DNA of 64,000 bases from Octopus sinensis (lineage: Eukaryota): positions 158,410,001 to 158,474,000 of the forward strand of contig NC_042997.1 of NCBI RefSeq assembly GCF_006345805.1. Direction: 5' to 3'. Below the pieces are notes generated by a model that was given only the letters and a program-made list of their open reading frames with translations, ran no database searches and was not told where the DNA came from. A program made the translations under genes and the position numbers. Positions 52,023-64,000 of this stretch are shown piece by piece (within the stretch, counting starts at the first letter, position 1; each line of letters starts with the position of its first letter).

Positions 52023-55000
52023 TGAGAACAGACACAAAATAAAAATTACGGTGCAGATAGAGAGCACTCGTCCGATAGGTGGGGTGCCTAGACTTGCCCA
52101 TGGGCAAGGTACACACAGAACACAGCCACTTACAACATTACTATCTTCCTTCCCTCATCTGCTCCACACTAACAACACTTTAAGCTTCCATCTCTCGGAG
52201 CCCACCTAAGGGGTTTCAATCCACTACTCCTCCAAAACAGATGTAGCTCTCCCTCCAACTGTAGAAGGGCTCCCATGGTTGCTAACAAAAACATATTTAC
52301 GCAATTTCTCCTGCCCTTTCCACCTGAGGTTAAGTAAAAGTTTGATTGGCCCTTAAGAGTGAAAAGTGGATCTAAACCCTTAACCTAACCGCACTTTGAA
52401 ATTTAATCCTTATTAGTGTCCAAATTTCTTATTTTAAATCAAACTTTGATTATAATAACAGTTCGATAAATCCCCACAATCGATTTTGTTTTCATTTCAA
52501 AATGTATAAATGCTTACCTAATGGAGATAATTTTCTTGGGAACAGCTTCTCTAACCTCCAAGTCATCAGAATAATTTGACGGTAGGTAGGATACTCTATT
52601 TTATCTAAAGGGGAAGGCTGACCACCGAAATTTTTGGCACTATCACTTCGAGTTAATACTGCAGATTGTGTTTTCTACCCGTTTTTGTGAAATATTTGAA
52701 AATAATTTAATTTAATAAACATTTGATAGGCAAATATCAACAGACAGTATAATATAATACATCAAAAAACATCTATAAAGCTTTTAAACAATTTCCAAGC
52801 ACAGTTTTGTTGAAAATGACAAATTTTAATAGGTTATTTTAATTAAGTTAGGTCTAATGTTTGGCTTTTTACGTATAAAATTATACAATTTTACAACTTA
52901 AATTTCACTGAGAGTCCTCAAAACACCATCATTTTCATAAATAAGTGTTTATGCAACGGTTTTTATAAATTAATACCTTTCTATCTAGACTAGTTCAAGA
53001 TTACTGTTCCAAAATCGACCTACCCTAATAGTAATAAATGCCGCATCCGTATGTTACCACTAAACATTTAGATCTACATAGATGTAATTATAATTATTTC
53101 CGAGAAGGCAGATCGGATGGAAGGTGTAAAACTGACAGCCCTACTGATGATTATATACCCAACCACGTTGTAAATACTTTTTCATTACCACGTAACCAGT
53201 CGTTTCAAATATTTCGACTGAAAATTATTCCTATTTAGAAACTTAGTAAACAGTTCAGCAACTACTTAAAAACTGATTTGAGGAGAAATAATTTGAATTG
53301 AATAAAACCTGAAAAGAAAATATTTCATATCAAAAGTTCCGATAGCCCAAAGATTCTATTATAAATTCTCAAGTGTTGAGAAATGAAATTTAATTTTTAC
53401 GCGTAATGTTTTAACATAGTGGATGATTAAGTTTTTAATCATGCATACGATATTTATTCGTCTACTTTTAAAAAGTTTGGTTTTTTGTTTATCTTTTCCT
53501 TTTCCTTTTGGCTTTTAATTGAGCAAGAGGTTTGAAATGACTCGACGACCCATAATGTCCAAAGAAAGTAGATTCGGATTATCGTCTTACGGTTGAAAGA
53601 GCTTTCAATACTTCATTATCATCAGAAGCAATATAAGCATCTCGCCACTAATGACACTTACAGTTTCGGCATCACAATTTCCCACACTAGCACTGTACAC
53701 TCATACAGCTTCAATATTATCACAATATTTTTCAAATCAATGAAATTCTCGTTGCACAGTCGTCGAACCTGTCAAAAATAGCAGATACAGCTCCCTCTTA
53801 AAAATGATTAAATACACTGGATAAAAAGTCATGAATATATATTCTCAGATACAAGATGTGATAGACTCGGCTTGGTCATCAATTGTACGATTGCAAATAT
53901 CTACGGAAGGCCAGAGTAGCTTAAAACGAAGGTTACATGAGGTGGGTAGAGCAGGAATGAAAGCAACCTTAAAGAGACGACTCTACACCAACATTGCAAC
54001 AACTACAAGCAGTGATATAAAAAAAATTACTATAATAATTAGAAATATTTTACAATTCAAACAATGACACACATGCAGACACATGCAAAAATCCCCAGAA
54101 AACAGAAATTTCATTGATTTTTCTGGAGCAGTTGCTCTGGAGAAATTAATCTGTCCCGCAATATATACTACTAACACAAGGCATATATTTTCCCCTTTCA
54201 CCTCCAACTCTTGCAAAATGTGCTTTTATGAGATCTTAAGGAATTTCAAAATAAGACACTTGTAATTCAATGATTAAACTATATTTTCATAAACTCCAAA
54301 ACCGCCAACGTACGGGAAATTATAGGCAAATCTCTCCCGAAATTTTAGCTTATAATTTTGGAAACATGATGCATTGAATTGTATATTCTTATATGTTTAA
54401 TGTAGCTGAATGCGTAGGTTTTCTCGATAAGGGCTGGCCTCAGGCTAAAACAAAAATCAACAAGCTCATAAAAAGAAAATAATGAACACAATGTCCGCAC
54501 AAACCAACAACACTACTATGATTATTAAAATAGATATTTTGTACGACGTACGTAGAACAAAATATTTTCTTCCCTAAAAAATATAACCTACAAAGCTAGT
54601 TTGTAGCCACCGCAGTTAAATTACTGAAATAGCAAACCTGATGAAAAAGAGAGATAGTACAATAAACAGACACAATATACTATGGAAAATAAAACTAGCA
54701 ATAAACGAAAAACGAGATGACAAAGAAAATAAACCATATGAAAACAGAACGTAAGTACAAAAAAGCATAGAAAGTAATTATCAACGCCAACATCTCTAAA
54801 ATCGCTATACCACATCACACGTCATAATAAAAATGTTAGCTATTACACTGGTACCCCGTCAGTAAGAAGTACGCGTTCTCAGGGAACATTTTTTCAACTA
54901 TTAAACACAAAATTCACCGCAAATTAGGTAATAATACGGACACGAAATATACATACATTTTCTACGTAGACCATAATTCTAAGTTTTCATTTTCAGCAGA

Positions 55001-55293
55001 CCGCAGAAAACTAACACAGAATTCCTAAGATTCGATAATCCCCAAAACCTAGCAAGAAACTAAACGAAAATATGCAATCTGAGAGAATCCCTCAATTTAC
55101 CAACATCTGAATCTACATAGAACAACACGGCAAAATCATGATACCCATAAAGCCAAACCTAAGTCCAACCGAACAGCAAAAACGCATCAACAATGAAATA
55201 TTCTCCAAATTTTGCACTATCACAGACTACACATAGAACACACATACAAAATTACCTGTCCAACGAAATACACACAGACACACGCATATATAT

Positions 55294-55361
<68 letters not shown>

Positions 55362-55493
55362 GTATGTGCATTTTTTCAATCAGTACGTATAACACGGAAA
55401 AATTCACATAAGTACCAATGATGCTACAGCCTACTTATAAAGGTAGAAATTCCAGGGTTTAGTGAAATGGTTTTTTTTATATAACGTAGATAA

Positions 55494-56656
55494 ATTAAGA
55501 AATGGAGTTAGACGAATGTGTTATTCAAATCTTTATACTTTCGACACATGTTTCGAAGAAAACATTGGTATTATTCCTGAGGGAATAAAATGATGTAAAA
55601 CAATGTAATCATCTCGCCAGGGAAAAATTAGAAACAAAACACATCAATAAGTCATTTTAACCGAATGTGATTACTGTTTATATGATGAAGGGAACGCTGG
55701 CAAGTTTCTTTTAAGCTGTTAATGGATTTAACGTCAAATGCAATTTGGAGAAAGAGGAGGAGAAAGAAAGAAATTAACTGAAAATCAAGAGTGGAGAAAT
55801 ATATTACGATAAATGAGTTGAAATAAAGCTGAAAGGCGTGTAAATAGATATATTTAGCGAAAAGGAAAAGTAAGAAGAGAGTTAAAAGTCGAAATTTATA
55901 GATTGGTAGAAATTACTTATAAGAACTAAGAGTATGCTTTTGCCCATGTTTGCAACAATAAATGCGTTCTTTAAACGTGTTTACAAGAGAATTCTCGGAG
56001 AATAGAATAAGTTACTGTTCTTCGTTACAGAGCAGACAAAAGGATTTACCTTTATCGTATGGAAAGTATTTAGATAGAAAATTTCATTCCAAGTCAAATT
56101 AGCATAATAAACAATTTGATTTGGAATGGAATATGGTATAAAAATAATCTAGATCCTTTCCATATGATAAAGGTAAATCTCTTTGTCCGCTCTTTAACGG
56201 AAAATAGTATCTCATTCTGTTCTCGGAGAATTCTCTTGTAAACACATTTAAAGAACGCGTTTATCGTTGCAAATATTGGCAAAACATACCTTTAGTTCTT
56301 ATAGGTAATTCCTACAAATCTATACACTTCGACTTTTAACTGTCTTCTTACATTTAATTTCCGCTACATATATCTATTTACACGCCGTTAAGCTTTATTT
56401 CCACTCACATATTGCACTATAATTCTCCATTCTTAATTTTCTGTTAATTTCTTTCCTTCTCTTACTTTGACGTTAAATCTATTAACGGTTTTGTAAAAAG
56501 TAACTTGGCAGCGTTCCCTTCATCATATACTTGGTAATCGCATCCGGTTTTACATCATTGTTTTGCCTCAGGAATAATACCACTGTTTTCTTCGAAACAT
56601 ATATATCGGAAGTATAAAATTTTGAATAACACCTGCTTTTAACTCCATTTCTTAAT
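55494..56656. repeat. Diverged ~1.16-kb palindrome with a ~12-nt loop, Penelope-like
   Basis: Centre ttccaagtcaaatt / aatttgatttggaa around 56101-56112; arms align over ~580 bp with many substitutions and an internal deletion in the right arm. Confidence 0.9.
55538..55626 (-). ncRNA. Degenerate hammerhead ribozyme
   Basis: ttcc-CTGGCGA-gatgattacattg...caatgttttcttc-GAAAC-ATGT-GTC-gaaag, with A6 changed to G. The 3' half is mirrored at 56594-56610 (GAAACatatatATCggaa). Confidence 0.55.
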
Positions 56657-56745
56657 CGCTCCTCTTCTCTCTCTTTCTCTCTCTCTATATATATATACAC
56701 ACACGCACATACATGAATGCACACATGCACACAGATACACACATA

Positions 56746-56941
56746 TTCTTTCACTTGTTTCAGTGATTTGAATGTGGCCATCCTGGAGCAACGCCTTTAG
56801 TCGACCCTAGGACTTATTCTATCGATTTCTTTTGCCGAACTGCTAGGTTACGGGGACTTTAACACACCAGAATGTGTTGTCAAGCGATATTAGGTGGACA
56901 AACAGATACACAAACATACACACACACACACACACACACAT

Positions 56942-57001
<60 letters not shown>

Positions 57002-57160
57002 GACGGGCTTCTTTCCGTTTCCGTGTACCTAATCCACTCACAAGTCTTTGGTCGGCCCGAGGCTATAGTAGAAGACACTTGCTCACGTTTCCAAGCAGTG
57101 GGACTGAACCCAGAACCGGGTGGTCGGTTAGCAAGCTACTTACCATACAGCCACTCCTTA
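56746..57160 (-). mobile_element. SINE family A, complete, with internal microsatellite
   Basis: tRNA-like head at ~57100-57160 (gggttcagtcccactgc on minus), body and tail as at 5887-6240. Confidence 0.85.
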
Positions 57161-57634
57161 CATAGATACATACATATATGTATATCACGGTATTACGGTG
57201 TCGACCAGACTATGAGATATTGTTATACACCGCTGGTCGCAAAGCGCTACACATTCGAATGATTCCAGGAGAATGATTCCGGCTTTCGAATGATTCCAGG
57301 AAATTACAGCACAGTCGACCACGTTAAACTCCACAGATAGCAAACCGGTTACTGAAATACTCTTTTCGTTACACTCCAAGGTTAGGTTGTATAGATTAAC
57401 AATTAAGTAAAGTGCGTGTTGAGAGATATTAACAACCGATAGTGTCTAACTCGGATGTGTATGCAGATATTTCGCATTAAGGGCCAAATTCAGGCATATA
57501 GCATGTATAATGTGAAGTGCATTTTGTTGGATAATGTTTGTATTTTACACGTACTATATGACAGGTATTATGCAAATTAGGCCCTGAGGCGATTATGTAG
57601 AATATATACTATCTACTATGGGAATTGTGTTATA

Positions 57635-57776
57635 TTAGGTTGTCCCAAAAGTTCGTAAACACTTGCGAAAATTGAATTTTTATTCGCCAAGTACTAACAA
57701 AAACAAAAAAAAATTATTCCTCAAAATAAAGACCATTATTTTCCAAGACTTTCTACGAACTTTTGGGACAACCTTA
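57635..57776. mobile_element. mariner-type MITE, 142 bp
   Basis: TA|ttaggttgtcccaaaagttcgta ... tacgaacttttgggacaacctta|TA. Confidence 0.9.
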
Positions 57777-57799
57777 TATTATTTTTAAATTTTGGTACA

Positions 57800-60330
57800 A
57801 GTTCAAACAGTTCGGGGAGTGGGTAGGACAATTACACCGGCCCTGTTGCTTGACTGGTACTTATTTCGTCGACTCCGAAAAGAGGTAGATTTGAACTCAG
57901 AATGTAAAGACAGACGAAATCCCGCAAAGCATTCTATCCAGTTTGCTAACGATTCTGCAGATTGCCACCTTTGAATTGTGATTTATTACATTAGGAGACT
58001 GTATGTGTGTAACTTGTTGCTGTTATAGTTTAGACCATTGTTTATATAAGTGCGAGCGTTGTTATTTTATTTGGTGAAGGACGTAAGTTTCGATATATTA
58101 TTTGGTAACAATTCGATAATGTATACTTTGTGAGAAATGTGATATTATTTTCGGCAGTTATAATGAAGGATATGTTGTGTGCCTGGAATGTATAGCAATG
58201 TAGTTATGTTATTGAAATGAATATGCCTTGGGTAAGATTTGAACTCTGACTCGCTAGGCTAATTTTCGAATCGTGTGGAACGTTATGAGCTCTGCGTCTG
58301 GTATACTTTTATTCATATTTTTATCATCGATAGTGCTCTATTATTCAAGTTGTTTCTAATTTTATGCTCCGCATCCTTGTTTATTTCAATTTCAAGGTGT
58401 TCTGATTTTGACGTTTTCTTCATCTAATTTCACGCAATATTTTAGTCAAGAGCGTTCGAAATATGGACGGTGGATTGGCAGAAACTATAGAACATCGAAT
58501 AAAATGCTATACGATATATTTTCTGGCTATTTATGTTTTGGGTTCAAATTATCCGAGGTCAACGTGTTTTACATCTCCGAGGGGTCACTAAAACAAAGTA
58601 CCTGTCAAATTCTGAGCTACATGAAATTACTAAATCTTGTGCCATAATTAGAAGCGATTATAATTAAAGTCGGTTGGCTAGTAGAACAGTGTGTGTGTCA
58701 GAAGAAAATATCTTTTGGTACTGAGTTGCATTACACTACTTTCTGAATTCGATTCCCGCCGAGATCAAATTTATCATTCGTCTTTCCGGTATCAATAAAA
58801 TAAATTCTAGTCAATAACTGAGGTTAATATAATGGATTAACCATCTTCCCACACAATCGCTTGCGTTTTGCCTATACTTATCTTTTGAGGGGTTGGATGG
58901 GCGCCTGGCAGAGTTGCTAGAACGTCTAACAAATCGCTTTATTCCGGCTCATTATAACCTGCGTTTGCACCCTTGCAAAGTCAATTTTTTCCTTTCAACA
59001 CTTCGGAGCCGATAAACTGAAATAGCAGTGAATTAAGGAGGTTTTTTGCGAATAACTATTCTCTTCACCTCAAAATTCCAGGTCTTGTGCCTACACCTTA
59101 TATTTTAGGTGGGTGGTTGTTAGAATTGAGAGGCATGCAGTATTTTCCGGCTCTTTAAATTATGAGTTCAAATCTCACCTTTGCTTTTCATCCTTTTAAT
59201 GAATAAATAATAAATGCGCCCTTTTTAAAACTTAGCTAAGCTCATGGGCCCGGTTTCCCGGTCTCTATGGCGTATGTGTTTCCCAGCTGGACGAGACGCC
59301 AGTCCATCGCAGCGTTACTCATTTTTTCCAGGTGAGTGGACTGGAGCAAAGAGAAATGAAGTGTTTTGCTCAAGAACACAACGCGTCACCCGGTCCAGGA
59401 ATCGAAACCACAATCTTATGATCATGGTGCTGACACCCTAACCACGTGCCTCCCCTTTCTCATCCTTTTAGGGTCAATGAAATAAAGCAACTCTCAGGTA
59501 CTGATGGTCGCTCTAATATTCTAAGCCTCGCCTATCGAAATGACTCGCACTGAATCTAAATTAGAAGCCGTTATGAGCGGTGGGTTGGAAAGGTTATTGG
59601 AGTGTCGGAAAAAATGCTCAGCGGCTTTTGTTCTGACTATTGATTTTCTAGGTTGAAATCCTGTCGTGGTCAATTTTCGTTTAATCCTTTCCGGGATGTG
59701 TTTACATCAATATTGGGGGAGAGGATATTTAAGCAACCGACTAACTTCCTCCTCTAAATTCTTATTACTCTTGTTATTGCTGTCGTTGTTTAGCTGCTAA
59801 TTATTGTTTTTATATAAGAACATGCTGTATCAGACCTACTAGTGAAAAGTTTCTTCCATCTCTATTTGACTATAAGATTGTAGGTTGCTTTCGTTTGTTG
59901 TTCTGCAAAAGACTATTTAAATGCATGAATATGGAAAATGCGTTCTTCTTCAGACGTGTACTAAATAAGTCCCTACATATTTCTACAATCGTCCATAACT
60001 ATATTTCATTTCAAACCAGTTACCACTGTCATAATGGAAGGAGACCAACACTCTCCAATGAAGGTAGTAGCCAATGTACCGCTATATCATTGTTTCAATT
60101 TTAAATACTGTTAAAAAATAGTTAAGAACACATTAACATTCTTCTGCTATTGGTACACAGCCTGAAATTTTGGGTGAGTGGATAGTAGATCACATCAATG
60201 TTAGTGTTCAACTGGTATTTATTTCGTCGACAACGAATGGAAAGAAAGTCAAGTTGACTTCGGCGGAATATTAACCAAGAACGTAAAACTGGAAGAGATG
60301 TCACCAAGCATTTGTTTTGGTGTTCGTTAT
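57800..60330. mobile_element. Cluster of diverged SINE family B copies in both orientations
   Basis: Copies at about 57800-57960(-), 58700-58860(+), 58900-59100(+), 59100-59500(+, interrupted), 59560-59720(+), 60120-60330(-). Confidence 0.6.
59199..59459 (-). mobile_element. SINE family C nested in a family B copy, 11-bp TSD
   Basis: Reverse complement of the 35091-35339 type; tcatcctttta at 59188-59198 and 59460-59470. Confidence 0.85.
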
Positions 60331-60601
60331 TTAAAGCAGAGGATAATATAAAAACAGGCAAATCATTTGAAATAAAACACATAATATAGAGCTGCAAGGA
60401 AGCCACACTAAGCCTTGCAGACGGTCTCACGAACTATAAGAGCATACCTTAAATTTAAATTTTCACTTAAAAGTGACCCAAAACTATTTCTAAAAACTAC
60501 GTTATTTAAACTTTTAGAAGCACCACTAATCTGTTGTATTGTTCTTCCACCCACTCTACAGGTGTGTAACGCATACCCTATCTATTATTCCATATGCACA
60601 A

Positions 60602-61170
60602 TATTCTTTTCTACTCTAGGCACAAGTACTGACATTTTGGGGGAAGATGCTAGTCGATTAGATCGACCCCGGTACGCAACTGGTACTTATTTAATCGACA
60701 CCGAAAAGATGAAAGGCAAAGTAGACCGCGGCGGAATTTGAACTCAGAACGTAGCGGCAGACGAAATACCTATTTCTTTATTACCCACATGGGGATAAAC
60801 ACAGAGAGGACAAAAAAGGGCAGACAAACGGATTAAGTCGATTACATCGGCCCCAGTGCGTAACTGGTACTTAATTTATCGACCCCGAAAGGATGAAAGT
60901 CGACCACTTATGCACTGGCGTCGATATAATCAACTTAATCCGTCTGTCTGTCCTTGTTTATCCTCTCTGTGTTTAGCCCCTTGTGGGTAGTAAAGAAATA
61001 GGTATTTTGTCTGTATATACGTTCTGAGTTCAAATTCTTCTGAGGTCGATTTTTTCTTTCATCCTTTCGGGGTCGATAAATTAAGTAAAAGTTGCATACT
61101 GGAGCCGATCTAATCGACTGGCCCCCCACCCCAAAAATTTCGGGTCTTGAGCTTAGAGTAGAAAAGAATA
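60602..61170. repeat. Head-to-head inverted pair of dimeric SINE family B copies
   Basis: tattcttttctactcta / tagagtagaaaagaata at the outer ends; arms align inward to a junction at ~60905. Confidence 0.85.
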
Positions 61171-61404
61171 AATATATTTTGTTAAAATATTTTATACCAT
61201 ATTCTTAAAAAATCATATTATGTATTATTTGACTGTATTATTAATTTATTTTGTCCTAACATAGTTATTATTGCTGTCGCTGTTTAGCTATAAATCATGT
61301 CATATGGCGAAAGGGATTCTAACCTTGATCAAGCCATCATTTCTGTTGTTGCAGTGCAATTTGGTCGTCTTTTGAAAGATGGTAAGGTGTACATTGCGGG
61401 ATAT

Positions 61405-61715
61405 GTGGAGGCGCAATGGCCCAGTGGTTAGAGTAGCGGACTCGCGGTCGTAGGATTGCGGTTTCGATTCCCAGACCGGTCGTTGTGAGTGTTTATTGAG
61501 CGAAAACACTTATAGTTCCACGAAGCTCCGGCAGGGGATGGTGGCGATCCCTGCTGTACTCTTTCGCCACAACTTTCTCTCACTCTTTCTTCTGTTGGCC
61601 TGCTCGCTTAGCCAGCGGGGTGGCGTCATTTGAAGGCTAAAAAACAATGCGAAGTGCATTCTGACTAGCGATGTGTAGCAACATCTGATAGCCTGGTCGG
61701 TCATGTGATCACGTG
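61405..61715 (+). mobile_element. tRNA-derived SINE with 14-bp TSD
   Basis: A-box tggcccagtgg, B-box ggtttcgattccc; TSD acattgcgggatat / acattgagggatat. Confidence 0.9.
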
Positions 61716-63011
61716 ACATTGAGGGATATATGACTCCATTTTCTAAAAGCTTTAGGTTCGTAATTTTATTATGATGATATGACTGGTTTATTGCTGTAAA
61801 ACTATTTCTATATTTACCGACAGTGTATTTCTTAACATATTTTGTCTTTTAGAATATGTTTGTTACCTTGTTTCGACTTAGAAATACTTAATTTACACGA
61901 TGTAGATTCACTTTAGCACTTACAGTTTTATTTTTACTATTATTGACACGTTTAGTTGTCAAAAGAATCTATTGAATATACCTCTTCTAATAAATCAGCT
62001 ATGCGTAGATGATAATTGAATTTCCTTCTTCAGCATTTATAACCCCATTCAATTTGAAACAGCAGTATTGTTAACATTCAACGAGATATTGAAAAATACA
62101 TTTTCTTTATTATAAATATATGCGTGCTTTTAAGACTGTCCAATGTGTTGTAGTTGTTTCTACTGTTCTTTTTGTTGGACAATCCTCGCCTGTATTTCGT
62201 TTTTATAAGGTTCAGCCGCTAACGCTCCAAAAGTAGTTATTACGGTTTTTTGTTTTCATTCAGTTACATTCAATATATTGATATTTTCAATTATTTCTTT
62301 TTTTACCGCTCGACCTGCAAAAACTAAAAATGACATATTCAATAATGTAATATGACGGGATGATTTTGGTTGGAATGCCTTTCATCAAAGTCCGATCGAC
62401 GAGGGTTGATCTGAGACTAAATCTATATAAAGCTGATGATGTCTGTGTATGGCAGGTTTGGTAGCCTTCAACTAACACTATCTCCTCCGAGATCCCGCGG
62501 CACAAGTTGACCAAAATTGAGAGTATGTTAGAAGAAGGCTTGCTCTTTCTTCCGTAGAAGAAAAATTTCAAATCGGACCATGTTAACACCAAAAATTATT
62601 TACATAAGAAAGGTGCTTTTTTTCTCTGAAAATCCCTATTTTTATGCTTTTTTGACTGCTGTGTCGCCATTTTTCGGTGTATTTCAACCAGAAAAATGTT
62701 CACTTAAAGGGAATAGCAAGCTACATAATGCAAACTTTTTACTTTTCAAAAATTCCAATTCTAAAGGGTCGAAACAAACCCGAACAACGTCGGGTGATAC
62801 TGCTAGTAACAGTATATAATTTAGCAACTAAATAAAGTGTGGATCCACAAAGTATTTTATTTATCCTTTCATTGGTGTTGCATTGTAGTGATGGCCCAAA
62901 GTGTTGTCACTTAATGGCTCAGTTTAACCAGTTGGAAAGAAGTACCACCTGACTAGAACTGAATCATTGAAATCTGGAAATAGCGGCAATATTGTGCATT
63001 CCTTGTGTATG

Positions 63012-63532
63012 TCTTATAATAATTCTGCTTGTCACTCCGTTGATTAGCCCGTTTCTAACGTTCCCACATGGTTAGCTGAAGGTGGAAGGGAGGGGTAATG
63101 GGTGGGGAGAGAAAGGAAGGGTGAAGGTGAGGTATGGGAGGGATGGTGGAAATGAGGGAGAAGTGATAGTGAATGACATTTGTATTTTTTAACTAAGGGT
63201 TTTCCTCTGTTAATTAGCCCGTCTATAACGCTTTCACGTGATTAGTTGAAAGGAAAAGCGAAAGAAAAAGGAGAGAATACGAGAATAAGGCGAAAAATGA
63301 GGGAGAAAGCGGGAGAGTTTTGTGTATTAAGTCTATAAATGGTGCATGAAGTATGTATAAACTGTGTATATAAAGTGTATTAAGTAATCATCGTATTCCA
63401 ATTTTCTTCACTTTTCAGTGATTAGCAGAAACAACACAGGCTACGCTTTCAGTTTCTTTTTTAGATAAAGTTTTCAAAAATAACCAAATAAGTTTACCAT
63501 TATTTCCGTGAAATATTCACGGGTCCCGCTGG
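63012..63532 (+). mobile_element. Probable non-autonomous Helitron
   Basis: 5' TC start (tcttataataattc), 3' hairpin ccgtgaa-ata-ttcacgg at 63506-63522, then CTGG (CTRR)|T; no TSD. Confidence 0.5.
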
Positions 63533-64000
63533 TTTCTATTAAAATAAATATATTTCGATTGGGAGAATGGTATGATAGAATAGTTTCTCCTGTTCAACGC
63601 TGCAAAATACAAAGTCTGGCATCAGTTACCTATATGTATGCTAAAAATGACTCAATGAACGTTAAGTATACTACGTGAATACATATTAAAGGGGCCGGTT
63701 AATTTGGGGCTATAGAAACTGAAAAGATGGTCTTGGAAGAGACAGATTAACCGGGCCAAGATAGAGAGGGAGATGTGTGTTTACGATGAATACCACCGTG
63801 ATAGAGATGTTGAAAGTATGTAGGAATCGGAGAGATTACACTTCTTGGGAATGGGACTTTATGTAGCGTGTTTTATAGATTGGCATGAATTCCTTAGAGA
63901 GAGAAAATTGAATAGTTTAGTGATGGTAAGAGCTAGCTCTGAACAGCATTACTTTAGAGTAATTGACGCAGTCGGGACCAATCGTGAAGAAATACGACAC

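Noticed and set aside
186-57262. Dozens of 60-180-aa ORFs rich in YI, HT, CV, N, L or I repeats
   Set aside because: They are translations of (TA)n, (CA)n and (TTA)n microsatellites, which lack stops in some frames; there is no domain content.
35091-61715. tRNA genes at A-box/B-box sequences (35091, 36100, 49070, 51955, 57100, 59400, 61405)
   Set aside because: No complete cloverleaf; they continue into SINE bodies and several have TSDs.

Overview
AT-rich, gene-poor animal genomic DNA, dense in (TA)n, (CA)n, (TTA)n and (CATA)n microsatellites and transposon relics. The repeat families look like those of octopus/coleoid cephalopods; this is my recognition, not a database result. I found no convincing host gene, and nearly all short ORFs in the track are microsatellite translations. 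The real coding signal is all transposable-element derived: a near-intact, 5'-truncated R4/Dong-type LINE (RT + CCHC + restriction-like endonuclease, 26629-29043, minus), a Penelope-like GIY-YIG endonuclease frame (21758-22405, minus), and decayed Tx1/L1, CR1, RTE, R4, mariner/Tc1 and hAT-like fragments, plus many tRNA-derived SINEs. The most interesting signal is one the ORF track cannot show. At least five distinct minimal type-I hammerhead ribozyme motifs (CUGANGA...GAAAC-loop-NUH) occur, mostly in Penelope-like terminal sequence whose 3' ends abut (TA)n. Several sit in fold-back structures: a near-perfect 1.55-kb palindrome (30353-31907) with a hammerhead in each arm, an old diverged 1.16-kb palindrome (55494-56656) with the same layout, and a 138-bp inverted-repeat-bounded mini-element (6253-6390). 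Hammerheads in Penelope-like elements are established; the recurrent outward-facing palindromic architecture is the part worth following up. The near-perfect palindromes must first be checked against assembly artefact.
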